Source: Azolla caroliniana (lineage: Eukaryota > Plantae > Polypodiophyta). Taken from it: a stretch of DNA of 64,000 nucleotides. Shown here piece after piece: positions 1 to 12,900 of the stretch. The stretch spans positions 11,594,001-11,658,000 of the forward strand of contig JBHGNT010000016.1 of NCBI GenBank assembly GCA_043228905.1. The letters run 5' to 3'. Every line of letters starts with the position of its first letter. The stretch's first letter is position 1. The notes below the pieces were generated by a model, which was not told where the DNA came from, searched no databases, and saw nothing but the letters and a program-made list of their open reading frames with translations. The translations under genes were made by a program, and so were the position numbers.

Positions 1-3000
1 ACACATTGTACTTGATGCATGCTCGGATATGCCGGGAAGAAGTGAATGTAGCATCCGACACTGCCAGTGAGTTGTGGCACAAAAGACTGCGTCACATGAG
101 CCAGAAGGGGATGAGAAGACTTGCCGAAGACAACCTCATTCCGGAGGTGAAAGACGTGCACCTTGAGAAGTGCACCGATTGCTTGACCCGCAAGCAAAAC
201 CGAACGTCCTTCCGGTCAAGACCACCGATGAGATAGAATGCACCATTGGAGCTAGTGCATACCGATGTGTGTTAAGTGGACACGAAGTCACATGCCGGAT
301 CGCAGTACTTCGTGACATTCATAGATGATCACAACTTGAAGTTGTGGGTCTCAATGTTGAAGATGAAGAAAGTGTTATTCGTCTTCAAGGAACTCCATGC
401 GAGAGTGGAAAGAGAAACCGGTTGGAAGCTGGAGGCGGTTCGAGTGGACAACGGAGGAGAATACAGGGGGCAGTTCGAGGAGTACTGCCAGTTGAAGGGA
501 TTCCAGCTCGAATTCACCATGCCGAAGACGCCGGAATTGAACGGGCTGGCCGAACGGATGAACGAGACAATAATGGTCTGAAGCATGCTAACACATGCAA
601 CGTTACCGAAGACGTTTTGGGCTGAGGCGTTGACGACGGTGACCTATGTGATAAATAGATCACCCTCAGTACCCTTGGACGGAGACACACCACAAAGAGT
701 ATGGACCTGTAAGGACGTATCCTACTGGCATCTAAAGGTGTTCGAATGTCTCGCTTACATGCAGGTGGCGAAGGACAAGAGAGAAAAGATGAACCCGAAG
801 TCCCAACCATGCATATTCCTTGGATACGGCGATGATGAGTTCGGTTATCGGGTGTGGGATCTGGTCGACAAGAAGGTGTTCCGGAGTCGGGACATAATCT
901 TCATGGAAGACAAGACCATTGCCGATTGCGAGTCGGAGAAGAAGGTGATGAACTCCGGATCATCCAATGAAAACCGGCTTGAGGACATAAGGACATACCC
1001 GGTTGAAAACCGGATGTTAGCCAGTAACTAGGTGACACTCAACGAACCGGCTGAATACGACAAGAAACCGAACCGACCGAAGAAGAAGAAGACACTGGAA
1101 CTGGACAAGATCACAAATCAGATTTGGATTCAGAACAAACGGAGGAACCGGTAGTTAGAAACCAAGGACGGAGATATCCCCTCCGAGAGAGAAGAGCCCC
1201 CCGGAGATTTTTGGATGTAGAGCACGTGTTGTTAACCGATTAGGGCGAGCCAGAAAGCTTCGAAGAAGCAAAGAAAGACACCCATAACCGCAAGTGGTTG
1301 AGTGCCATGCAGGACGAGATGGATTCCCTGCATGAGAACCACACATATGAACTGACAGAGTTGCCGAAAGGGAAGAGAGCACTCTGGAACAAGTGGGTGT
1401 ACAAGCTGAAACTGGGAGATTCCGGAAATCCACCAAGGTATAAGGCCCCCCTAGTAAAGATGACATCTATCCGGACGGTATTGGGCATAAAGCATGGACC
1501 TCAAAGGTAGAGCACCTGGACGTCAAGACGACGTTCCTACACGGAGACCTCGAAGAAGAGATGTACATGCATCAACTGGAAGGATTTGAGAAGTAAGGGA
1601 AGGAGCACCTGGTGTGCTGGCTAAAGAAGAGCTTATGTGGATTGAAGCAAGCCCCCCGACAATCGTATCGGAAGTTCGACTCCTTCATGACTGACCAAGG
1701 GTACCACAAGACGCAGGCCAATCACTGCGTGTTTGTGAAGAAATTTGACGGAGGAGATTTCCTGATAGTCCTCCTATATGTGGATGATATGCTGATCGTC
1801 GGACAAGACCAAGGCAAGATTCGGATGCTGAAGAAGGCTCTGAACCGAACCTTCTCAATGAAAGAAAGACTTGGGTCTGGCAAGGCAGATATTGGGAATG
1901 CACATCATCCAGGACTGGTCGAAGAAGCTGTTGTGGTTGTCATAGGAGAAGTACGTGACAAAGGTGCTTCAACGGTTCAACATGTCGGAGATGAAACCGG
2001 TCGGATCGACACTTCTGGCAAACCGCAAGCTATCCGGAAAAGAAAGCCCGAGGACAAAGGTGGAGAAGACAGATATGATGAAGATACCATATGCCTCTAC
2101 CGTCGGAAGCTTGATGTATGCAATGGTATGTACCCGGCCGGATATCGGATATGCAGTCCTGGAAGAGAGCACTGGAATGCGGTCAAGTGGATACTCAGGT
2201 ATTTGAAAGGCACCTCGAGTAAGTGCCTCCGGTTTGGCTCCAGTAATCCCCAACTTGATGAATTCACCGATTTGGATATGTCGGTTGATGCGGATACCAG
2301 CCGGTCTACATCTGGATATGTCATAACTTATGCAGGGGGGGCTGTTTCGTGGCAGTTGAGGCTGCACAAGACGGTTGCGTTGTCAACCACGGAGGCGGAA
2401 GTCGGCAAGGAGATAATCTAGATGAAGGACTTCATCGGAGAGGTAGGGATCCAACAGGAGGAATATTGCCTCTACTGCGATAGTCAAAGTGCCATCCACC
2501 ATTCCCGAACGAAACATATCCATTGGAGGTACCACTGGATCTGGGAGAGAGTAAAAGATCAAGAGTTCATGCTGACGAAGATCCACAAGGAGGAGAACGG
2601 GTCAGATATGTTGACCAAGGTGTTGACAACCGACAGGTTGGACGCGTGTCGAAAGCGGATCGGGCTGGTGAGACATCCCATGCCGGAGTGAAGGGGAAGA
2701 TTGTGGGGAAATCGGTCCCTATGGATGAGATCTGGTTATGAATGAAGAGGACCCAGTGAGAACTGGACGAGATCAGGAAACCGGATCGGATGGATCCGGT
2801 GAGAACTGGAAGAGAAAACATATTTGTAAATATGTTTTTTGAGTAAGCCTATTGAAGCTATATTTGTAAATAGACCTAAGTTCATATAAGTATAAATATG
2901 ACTTAGGGCAATCACTCTGTAGCGAGTGTTGTCATATTGTTGTATGTGCATAACTGTTCTATAGAGAGATAGAGAGAGAGCGATATAGAGAGATACTCTG

Positions 3001-3256
3001 TTGTAACTGTCGGCTGGCGAAGATATAGAGCTCTAGGTCATTGCCTCCGAGTCTTTGTTTGTACCTTTCTTATATAGTGATAGTTTGGAGTCTGTGGGCT
3101 CCCGTGGTTTTTCCCTATTAGGGTTTTCCACGTAAACATCCTGTGTATCCTCTATCATTGTTTGTGTGTGTACGTGCATTCACTCCCTACTTCCCATTTC
3201 TGTGTTTGATTCTCATCGAAGTGATTCAAGATTCAGTTGTGGCCGAGCAATATTCC
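1..3256 (+). mobile_element. Degenerate Ty1/copia retrotransposon, 3' part (INT-RT-RH fragments, PPT, 3' LTR ~2702-3256)
   Basis: Fragmented ORFs with LWHKRL, DNGGEY, YVDDML and ALSTTEAE motifs. PPT AAGGGGAAGA at 2691-2700 is followed by an LTR homologous to 5914-6411. The LTR 3' end is approximate. Confidence 0.92.
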
Positions 3257-5913
3257 GCGCTATTTGTCTACGGGGCTGAGGTGGCGGGTGTGGGGGGGGC
3301 CTTGTTCGAGTGTTGTCCGAGGATCTTTGTATGCCTTTAGGGACCCAAACTCGTGACATCCTTTCAAGGGGGAAAAGGGGGGTCTGTGAGGTAGTTCTAT
3401 GGGAAATTCGACCTCCTAGTTGTTGAGTTCGGTCGAGGTCTATGGCCTTAACCTGGGCGGGGTATTTGGTCGATGTGTGCAGTTGTCGGGTGTCCCATGT
3501 AGTCATGGTCTAGTCGCGGGTGGGAAGTCAGCTTCGTTTCGGGACCCAGAAGCAAGTGGCACCTTTGTGCCAACCTTGGGCGTTTGTGAGTTCTTTTCTG
3601 ACTCACCAAATAGCACGTTCTCCGCGGCCTGGTCCTTCGGCAAAAATCGCGTGGACATTCACCCATTTGTGTGGCACGGATTTCCTTGTTCCAATGTTAG
3701 CGTTACTCTGGCCTTGGATGCCCGGTGGTTGTGCGAGTTCTTTTTGGTTGGGTGGTTTCACGCTCTAGAGTTCGTCGATATTGGTGGGACATGGTTCGAG
3801 TGTTGTTGCAATGAGTTTCTCGAACCTCACACCATTTGCAGTTTGGAAGGAGACAATGTTCTTGCTTGGTGACAGGAGACATTTGCTTATGTTACACCAA
3901 TCCAAACCAAGGAGGCACGGGGTGTACAACACTTTCGGTGGGAGGACCCGAACTCGAATTGAGTGGTCACTATATTTTGTCTTGATGTTACACACGAAGG
4001 TTCCGAGGTAGTGTGATGTGGAACCATCAAAGCCAAGGAAGTTGTCATTGCACACTTGGAGGTCCGGGAAACCTAGGTGTCCCCATTTTTTGAAGGAGAA
4101 AAGGGTTAGTGATGCTCCAGTGTCGATTACAACCAGTAAAGGAATGTCGTCGGTGAAGCATTGTAGGTGTGTCGTCACGTCATTAGAGTCTATCGACTTA
4201 GCCATAGTCGCAAGGTGGGTGTCCCCTTGTCTTTTCAGTTTCGCTTGCGCATTGCAAAGGTCGGTTTCTAGTTAGGCCATTCGGCCGTCGGATGCCTTAA
4301 GTTTGGCTTCCACTTCTCGTTGTCGAGCCGTGAGTAGGGCTTCAATGGTGAGGGGTCCGTAGTAAAGTTTGAGCTTGCTCCCATTGATGAATCCTGGGAT
4401 GTCGAGTCCTTCAAGCATGCGTATTCAACATGCTCCTGTCTTGGTAATCTCTGAGACTACATAGGGGCCTTCACCTCGTAATTTGAGCCTCTTTCTGTGT
4501 CATTGAGAGGCAAATTTGAGAGCCATGTCCCCTTCAGCTAGGTCTTTATCCTTACTTTGTTCTTGTGCCATGCCTTTCTAGTGGCTTTCTCTGTCAAGAG
4601 TGCTTGGAATGCGAGAAGGCGAGTTTCGGTCAACTGTTCTAGGTTCTCTAGGCGTGACGGGAGGGGATTCCCATCCCATCGTTCTTGGACGGCTATCCTG
4701 AAGCTAGGGGCGAGGAACTCGATGGGCAGTACCGCTTCTTGTCCATATACTAGTTTGAATGGTGTGTGGCGAGTTGCTACTTTGTAGGAGGTGGCTTGGA
4801 GTTTGGTGCTCCAATCGGACCGCGAAGCTGCAATTATCTTCACGAGCACTGCACATAACACATTATTAGTGCTTTCCGCTTGTCTGTTGCACCGGGGGTA
4901 ATAAGGGGAGGTCTTGCAGTGCATCACCATAAACTTGCCTAGTAGATGTGCTATCACTTCGTTGAGGAAATGGGAGCCTTGGTCACTAATGATCTTGAGC
5001 GGACATCCAAACCGTGTGATGACATTTTTGAATAGGAATTTGGCGGTGCTATGTGCGTCAGCATTAACGCAAGCTTTGGATTCCGTCCACTTGGTAGCAT
5101 AGTCAGTGCAAGTGATTATGTATTGATTGAGGTTGGAAGCTGGGCTAATTGGGCCGATAAAGTCGATACCCCAGTTCTTGAACGGTTGCCAAGCCACTAC
5201 TGGGTTTAATGTGTTGAAATCCGCTTTTAACGGGTGTTTGAAACATTGGCACTCATCACACCAATGTACATATTCGTATACATGTGTCTTTGAATAGTGG
5301 TGGCCATGATAGGCCGGACTAGAGGACCTTGCGTGCAGTGATCTCGTGATTGAAATGACCACTTCCGCTTCCGCAATGAGTTTGTTCGAGTACAACGATG
5401 ACATCATGGTCCGTTACACACCTCCGAAGTACATCATCGTTGCCTCTGAGCATCGTGAAAGGGCCACATTTTCTTAACAAGACACGTGCTTGTGCATGAC
5501 TTAGTTGTTTTAGGAAGGATTCTCCTTCTATTAAGACACGAACAATGTCTGATGCCCATGATGGTACGGTGTCGATCTTGAATAATGCTGCATCTGGCAT
5601 TTCATCGTCGACTCCAGTGGCTTCTTCTCCATTTGGTGTTCGTGAGAAATGATCGACAAGTACATGGTCTTTTCCTTTTCTCACCACCACCTTGAAGTTG
5701 AACTCGAGTAGAGTTACGATCCATCGTAATATGCGTCCCGTGGCGTGAGTCTTGTTTACCAAGTAGAGGATTGCTTGATGATCTACAAAAAACGAGAAAC
5801 ATGACGCCAAGAGGTAATGTCAAAACTTTTTCACACTATAAACCATTGCTAAAGCTTCTCATTCCGTTGTGGAGTAATTTTGTTCCGCAGAGTTGAGCTG
5901 AGACTAGCAAAGG
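3257..5913 (-). mobile_element. Degenerate Ty3/gypsy pol, 3' part: RNase H end, integrase, GPY module and long C-terminal extension
   Basis: RH motifs (FVDHQAILYL, RILRWIVTLLEF), integrase core (WGIDFIGP, DQGSHF, YYPRCNRQAE) and a hand-translated LRGEGPY...INGSKLKLY tail at ~4350-4480. Confidence 0.9.
3765..4205 (-). pseudogene. Retropepsin-like aspartic protease domain downstream of the gypsy integrase
   Basis: VVIDTGASLTLFS catalytic motif, GFDG flap-like segment and CLLGLDW closing motif. Confidence 0.85.
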
Positions 5914-8900
5914 CGATGAGAATCGAGGAATGTTACTTGGCCACAATCGAGTCTAGAATCACAGAAAATGAGGATGAAGAACATAGAATAGACACTCAAG
6001 AGTGAACACAGGATGTTTTCGTGGAAAACCCTGAATGGGAAAAACCACGGGAGCCCACAGGCTCTGAACTATCACTATGGAGAGAAGGGGTTACAATCAG
6101 AGACTCAGAGACAACGACCTTGAGCTCTGTTTCTTCACAAACTGACGGTTACAACAGAGTATTTCTCTATATCTCACACTCTCTCTCTATCGCTCTCTCT
6201 ATACAACAATATGACAACAACCACAACTCCTCCTCTAAAGTGATTTCCCTAAGTCATATTTATACTTATATGAACTTAGGGCTATTTACAAATATAGCCT
6301 CAATGGGCTTACTTAGAAACATATTTAAAGATATGTCTTCTACATCTGGTTCTCACCGGTCCTCTATGTCCGGTTCTCAAGATCCCATCCAGAGGGACCG
6401 ACATCCCAACAATCTCCCCCTTCACTCTAGCATGGGATGGTTTGTCAGCCTGATCCACGTCTGGCATGCGTCCAGCTTGTCAGGTGTCAGCACTTTGGTC
6501 AGCATGTCTGACCCATTCTCCTCCGTGTGGATTTTTGTCAGCACGAACTCTTGATCTTCTACTCTTTCCCGGATCCAGTGGTACCTCCGTTGGATATGTT
6601 TCGCCCGAGAATGGTAGGCCGCATTCTTTGGAAGGTGGATGGCACTCTGATTGTCACAATAGAGCCGGTATTCCTCCTATCGGATCCCTAGTTCACCGAT
6701 AAAGTCCTTCATCTAGATTATGTCCTTCCCGGCTTCCACAACTGCCATGTACTCCGCTTCCGTGGTTGACAACGCATAAGTCATGACATATCCGGATGTC
6801 GACAGGCTGGTATCTGCATCAGCCGACATATCCGAATCGGTGAATTCGTCAAGTTGGGGATTACCGGAGCCGAATCGGACGCACATGCTCGAGGTGCCTT
6901 TCAAATACCGGAGTATCCACTTGACCGCGTTCCAGTGCTCTCTTCCGGGATTGCTTATGAACCGGCTCACCACTCTGACTGCATATCTGATATCCGGCCG
7001 AGTACATACCATGGCGTACATCAAGCTCCCGACGGCAGAGGCATGTGGTATCTTCATCATATCCGCCTTCTCTGCCTTTGTCCTTGAGCTTTGCTTTCCG
7101 GATAGCTTGCAGTTTGCTGGAAATGTCGATCCGACCGGTTTCGCATTCGACATGTTGAACCGCTGAAGTACCTTCGTCACGTTCTTTTCCTGTGACAGCC
7201 ACAATAGCTTCTTCGACTGGTCCCGGATGATGTGCATCCCCAATATCTGTCTTGCCGACCCCAAGTCTTTCATTGACAAGGTCCGGTTCAGTGCCTTCTT
7301 CAGCATCCGAATCTTGACTTGGTCTCGTCCAACGATCAGCATATCATCTACATATAGGAGGAGTATCAGGAAATCTCCTCCGTCAAATTTCTTCACAAAG
7401 ACGCAATGATCGGCTTGTGTCTTGTGGTACCCTTGATCGGTAATGAAGGAGTCAAACTTCTGGTACCATTGCCGGGGAGCTTGCTTCAGTCCATATAGGC
7501 TCTTCTTCAGCCGGCACACCAGGTGCTCCTTCCCTTTCTTCTCAAATCCTTCTGGTTGATGCATATAGATCTCCTCTTCGAGGTCACCATGGAGGAATAT
7601 CGTCATCACATCTAGTTGCTCTACCTCGAGGTCCATGCTTGCTGCTATGCCCAATACCATCCAGATGGATGTCATCTTTACTAACAGGGCAAAGATCTCG
7701 TCAAAGTCCACTCCTTTCTTCTGCTAGAACCCCTTCACCTCGATTCGGGCTTTGTATCTTGGTGGGTTTCCGGCATCTCCCGGTTTCAACTTGTACACCC
7801 ACTTATTCCGGAGTGCTCTCTTCCCTTTCGGCAACTCCGTCACTTCATATGTGTGGTTCTCATGCAGGGAATCCATCTCGTCCTACATGACACTCAACCA
7901 CTTGCGGCTGTGGGTGTCTCTCTTTGCTTCTTCGAAGCTTTCTGGCCCCCCCTTATCGGTTAGCAACACATGCTCTGCATCTGGAAATCTCCGGGGGGTC
8001 TTCTCTCTCGAAGAGGATATCTCCGTCCTTGGTTTCTGACTACCGGTTCCTCCGGCCGCTTCGAATCTGAATCCAATTCAGGATCTTGTCTGGTTCCGGT
8101 GTCTTCTTCTACTTCTTCTTCTTCGGTCAGTTCGGTTTCCTGTCAATATCCAGCCGGTTCGTTGAGTGTCATCCAGTTACTGGCAAACATCCGGTTTTCA
8201 ACCAGATATATCCTTGTGTCCTCAAGCCGGTTTTCATTTGATGATGCGGAGTTCATCATCTTCTTCTTCGACTCCTAGTTGGCTATGGTCCAGTCTTCCA
8301 TGAAGACTATGTCCCGACTCCGAAACACCTTCTTGTCGACTAGATCCCACACCCGGTAACCAAACTCATCATCGTTGTATCCAAGGAATATGCATGGCCG
8401 GGACTTCAGATCCAACTTTTCTCTCTTGTCATTCGCCATATGCACGTAAGCAAGACACCTGAACACCTTCAGATGCCGGTAAGATACATCTTTGCCGGTC
8501 CATACTTTCTGAGGTGAGTCAACTCCCACTGTTTATCACATAGGTCGTCGTCATCAGCGCCTCAGCCCAAAATGTCTTGGGTAACTTTGCATGTGCCAGC
8601 ATGTTCCGGACTCTCTCCATTATGGTCTGGTTAATCCTTTCGGCTAGCTCGTTTAGTTCCAGCGTGTTCGCCACGGTGAATTCGAGCCAGATACCCTTCA
8701 ACTGGCAGTACTCCTCGAATTGCCTCCGATATTCTCCTCCGTTATCTGCTCGAACCGCCTTTAGCTTCCGACCGGTTTCTCTTTCCACTCACGCGTGGAG
8801 CTCCTTGAAGATAGATAGCACCTGAGCCTTCGTCTTCAACGGTGAGACCCATAGCTTCCGGCTGTGGTCGTCTATGAACGTCATGAAATATTGTGATCCG

Positions 8901-10945
8901 GCATGTGACTTCGTGTCCACTTGACACACATCGGTATGCAGCAGCTCTAGTGGTGCATTCCGTTTCATCGGTGGTCTTGACTAGAAGGAGGTTCGGTTTT
9001 GCTTACTGGCCAAGCAATCGGTGCACTTCTCAAGTTGCATGTCCTTCACTGGAATGAGGTTGTCTTCGACAAGCCTCTTCATCCCCTTCTCACTCATGTG
9101 ACACAGTCTTTTGTGCAACAGCTCACTGGTAGTGTCGGAAGCAACATTCACTTCTTCTTCCCGGCATAACCGGGTGTTCATCAGGTACAATGTGTTGACT
9201 TTCCGGGTCCGAGCCACTATTAGGCTCCCCTTGCTGAACTTGATGACTCCGTTCTGGATGTTATCCATGTAGTCTTCATCATCTAGCCGATTGGCCGATA
9301 TTAGGTTCAGTCGAACCTCCGGAATGTGTCGGACATCCTTCAGTAGCAACTTGCATCTGGTTGGTGTCGTCAACCAGACGTCTCCTATGCCAATAATTCA
9401 ACATGTACCTTCATTCCCCATCCGGACACAGCCATGCTCACCGGCTGTGTAGGATGAGAAGCATTTCCAATCTGGGGTAAGGTGGAACGATGCTCCGGAA
9501 TCGACAACCCACGTTGTCTTATCGCCGGCAAGGTTCAACTCACTCTCCTCAGTGATGAGCATTAGTTCTTCTTCACTTGTCGCGATCGCCGTCGTTCCCT
9601 TCTGGTACGGGCCTCGCCGATCCGTACCGTTTCGGTCCGGTGAATTCTTCGAATCGGTGCTATCGGTTCCTTTGTCTTTCCGGAAATGCCGACAGTTCTT
9701 CTAGAAGTGCCCCGGCTTGCCGCAATAGAAGCAAGTGGGCCTCCCCCTTGACTTTGACCGTGTCCCCGACTTTTCCCGGTTCTGGGGAATCCGATTCCTT
9801 TGTCTTCCGCGTTCTGATTTGGTAAGGAGGGTTTTGGCGTCGGGGATCACCTCCTTGTCTTTCCGACGCGCCTCCTGATCTAGCAAGCTCGACTTGACTC
9901 TTGCTAGGGATAGCTGGTTTCCTTCCGGCTCGGCGTTGCCCAACGTGACAACTAACGTCTCCCAACTATCCGGGAGCGAACCAAGCAGGAGTAGAACAAG
10001 TACCTCATCGGCGAGAGGTACTAACAACGAGGTTGCTTGATGTATTAGACCCTGGAAGGCATTCATGTGCTTCGCCATACTGGAGCCATCTTGGTACCAG
10101 AGTCTTAGTAGCTTCCGGAATACCGAAACCCAATTAACAGCATTTTTGTTCTGAAACATGATGCCGATCTTCTCCTAGAGCTCATGAGCTTTGATCTCTT
10201 CATTGAAGTTGTTGTACAAGCTCATGTTGATGAAGCACCGAATGTATGTTGTCGTCTTCAAGTGCATCACCTCCCACACTGTGTCGTCGATCTTATCCGG
10301 TCTCTTGTCCCCGAACTGAAGCGGCAACCAAAGTTCTTTGACCACCAACATATCCCTCATCTTCGACTTCCACATTGAGTAGTTGGAGCCAGTGAGCTTG
10401 AACATGCCGCCGAACAATTCTTCCATTTCCTATGTTGTTTGCTCTGATACCAGTTTGATGAGAATCGAGGAATGTTACTCGGCCACAACCGAGTCTAGAA
10501 TCACAGAAAATGAGGATGGAGAACACAAAATGGACACTCAAGAGTGAACACAGGATATTTTCGTGGAAATGGGAAAAACCACGGGAGCCCACAGGCTCTG
10601 AACTATCACTATGGAGAGAAGGGGTTACAATCAGAGACTCAGAGGCAATGACCTGGAGCTCTGTTTCTTCGCAAACTGACGGTTACAACATATTATTTCT
10701 CTATATCTCACACACACTCTCTATCGCTCTCTCTATACAACAATATGACAACAACCACAACAACTCCTCTAAAATGATTGCCCTAAGTCATATTTGTACT
10801 TATATGAACTTGGGCTATTTACAAATATAGCCTCAATGGGCTTACTCAGAAACATATTTACAGATATGTCTTCTACATCCGGTTCTCACCAGATCTTCTA
10901 TGTCCGGTTCTCAAGATCCCATCCGAAGGGACCGAAATCCCAACA
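5914..10945 (-). mobile_element. Full-length degenerate Ty1/copia element nested in the gypsy RNase H
   Basis: LTRs 5914-6411 and 10456-10945. PBS complementary to initiator tRNA-Met (TGGTATCAGAGC) at 10441-10452, PPT from 6412. Gag, PR, INT, RT and RH fragments with stops. Gypsy RH sequence resumes on both flanks. Confidence 0.95.
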
Positions 10946-12390
10946 ATAGTGATCAGTAGGTCAAGTGCTCCTTCGCCGGGTTGAGCGAGTACCGCACCAA
11001 TCGGGAAGGCGGAAGCATCAGTGTGAATGTTGAGTTCTTTGTTCCAATCTGGGGATTGGAGGATGGGGCCCTTAGTTAAGCACTCCTTCAAGAGCTTGAA
11101 TGAGTGGGTGCACTCTTCCGTCCAGGTGTACTGCTTTAGTAAGGTGTTGAGTGGTCTTGGCTTATCTGCGAACATCTTAATGAAGCGTCTATAGTAACCT
11201 GCGTACCCCATGAACCCTTGTATCTATTTCTCATTCACGGGAGGTGGTATGTCAAGGATGAGCTTCACTTTTGCCTCATCGGTCGAGATCCCATGTCAGG
11301 ACACAACATGACCTAATATGAGTTTGTGTTTGACCCAAAATTGACACTTGAGAGGGTTGAGGGAGAGTTGATAGTCCTTACACTTTTTGAATGTTAAGCG
11401 GAGTAGCACCAGGTGGTCATGCCATTTCGAATGGCAGCATAAATCATCGACATAGGACTCCACCCCTTGTCGTAACCTCACCACGAAGATGTGGTACGTT
11501 GCCCTTTGATAGGTGCTCAGGGCACTTGTGAGCCTGAAAGGCATCTGCTTATACATGAACGTACGAAATTCGGTGGCAAAGGCCTTCTTGTTTTGGTCCT
11601 CGGGCACCACCGAGATTTGGTTGTACCTTGAGAACCCATCAATGAAGCTATAGGCTTCTGCTCCTGCGATTCTTTCGAGTAAGTGCTCGATGTAGGGTAC
11701 CAGGTAGTTGTCTTTGATGGTGGCTTCGTTGACTTGGTGTTGTTGGGGTGGGGGGTAGGCTTCACCCCCCTCCCAAGGGGGTTACGATACAGAGAGAGAA
11801 GGAGAGAGTGAAAATAAGAATGACACCAAAATAAGAGGGAAAAAGTTATTCATTACATACCCCATAGGGGGTTTATATAATACATCCAATGTAACGGTTA
11901 CATGACCGTTATAAATAAGACCGTTACACATTCTTGTACACATGCACATAATTGTGCATGTGTCCATACACATACTCATCCTCACACACTCATTTACTTT
12001 ACACATACACATCAACCACATCATTACACATACCCTTATGCTTCCCCGTATATTCTTACGGGTAACACTTGGCAACAGTCTACACATATGCGGATTTGGC
12101 CATTCTTCTTCAGGACGACTACGATCAAGGAGACCCAAGTTGTTCATTCAATCAGGTAGATGATGCCCGTGTCTAACATTTTATTGATTTCGGCTTTTAC
12201 TTGTTGAGCGTAGTTAGGGTTCATTGGGCGCGGTCTTTGTCGGATTGGGCGGGCATCGGCTCGCATGGGGATGCTATGGGTGACGACTTCTGCCGGTACA
12301 CCTTTCATGCAAACTTGCTTTTGAGATTCTCCATTTCTGCAACAAGAGCAAGGTATTCTTGTGGGTTGCTAGTAGCCATGGGTACTTACT
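10946..12390 (-). mobile_element. Ty3/gypsy RT and RNase H start, continuing 3257-5913 and interrupted by an LTR
   Basis: YVDDL, MPFRLTSA, GYAGYYRRFI and HTDAS motifs. RT N-terminus HSIPMRADARPIRQRPRPMNPNYAQQVKAEINK hand-translated at ~12179-12280. Confidence 0.85.
11741..12178. repeat. Solo LTR-like insertion
   Basis: TGTTGG...CTAACA ends interrupting gypsy RT. No TSD; some RT codons are missing at the junction. Confidence 0.65.
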
Positions 12391-12433
12391 AGTGTTTGTG
12401 GAAGAGGGTAAAGGAGAAAAATTCGAATCAAAT

Positions 12434-12787
12434 TGTCAGAACAAAGTAAGAGATTGAACGATTGAGGGAAGGTATAAGAGAATAGAAGAAGAGAGGAGAA
12501 TGGATTGATAAGAGAAGAGTGGGTTTATTAGAATAGAATGATTACAAGGATGAGTTGGATACAAGGTGAGCTTGGAGCTAAAGACTGGTGTTGATTCGAA
12601 TTGATTTGAGGATATATGTATGCCCTTATTTGTAGGTTCCTATAGAATAGCTTAGAGATATCTATAATGTTCTAGAATGTTCTAGAACTAGAATTTTCTA
12701 GGACATTCTAGAACATTCTAGAATAATCTAGAGTTTCTACAATAATCAATGTAATATAGAAAGTAGCGTTTATATTCTCATATGACA
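12434..12787. repeat. Solo LTR-like sequence
   Basis: TGTCA...TGACA ends and TTCTAGAA-type internal repeats. No TSD seen. Confidence 0.55.
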
Positions 12788-12900
12788 ATAAGCTATCTTA
12801 ATGGTTGAGGTTTTCAATTATGGATTACAAGGTTTGAGGTTCAAGTCCGGGTGACGCCATAATGGTCATGTGTTCATGACATTCTTGGGTTCAAGTCTAG

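Noticed and set aside
5908-10955. TSD for the 5914-10945 copia
   Set aside because: The flanks (GGCGA vs AT-AGTGA) match only with several assumed mutations, so no TSD is claimed.
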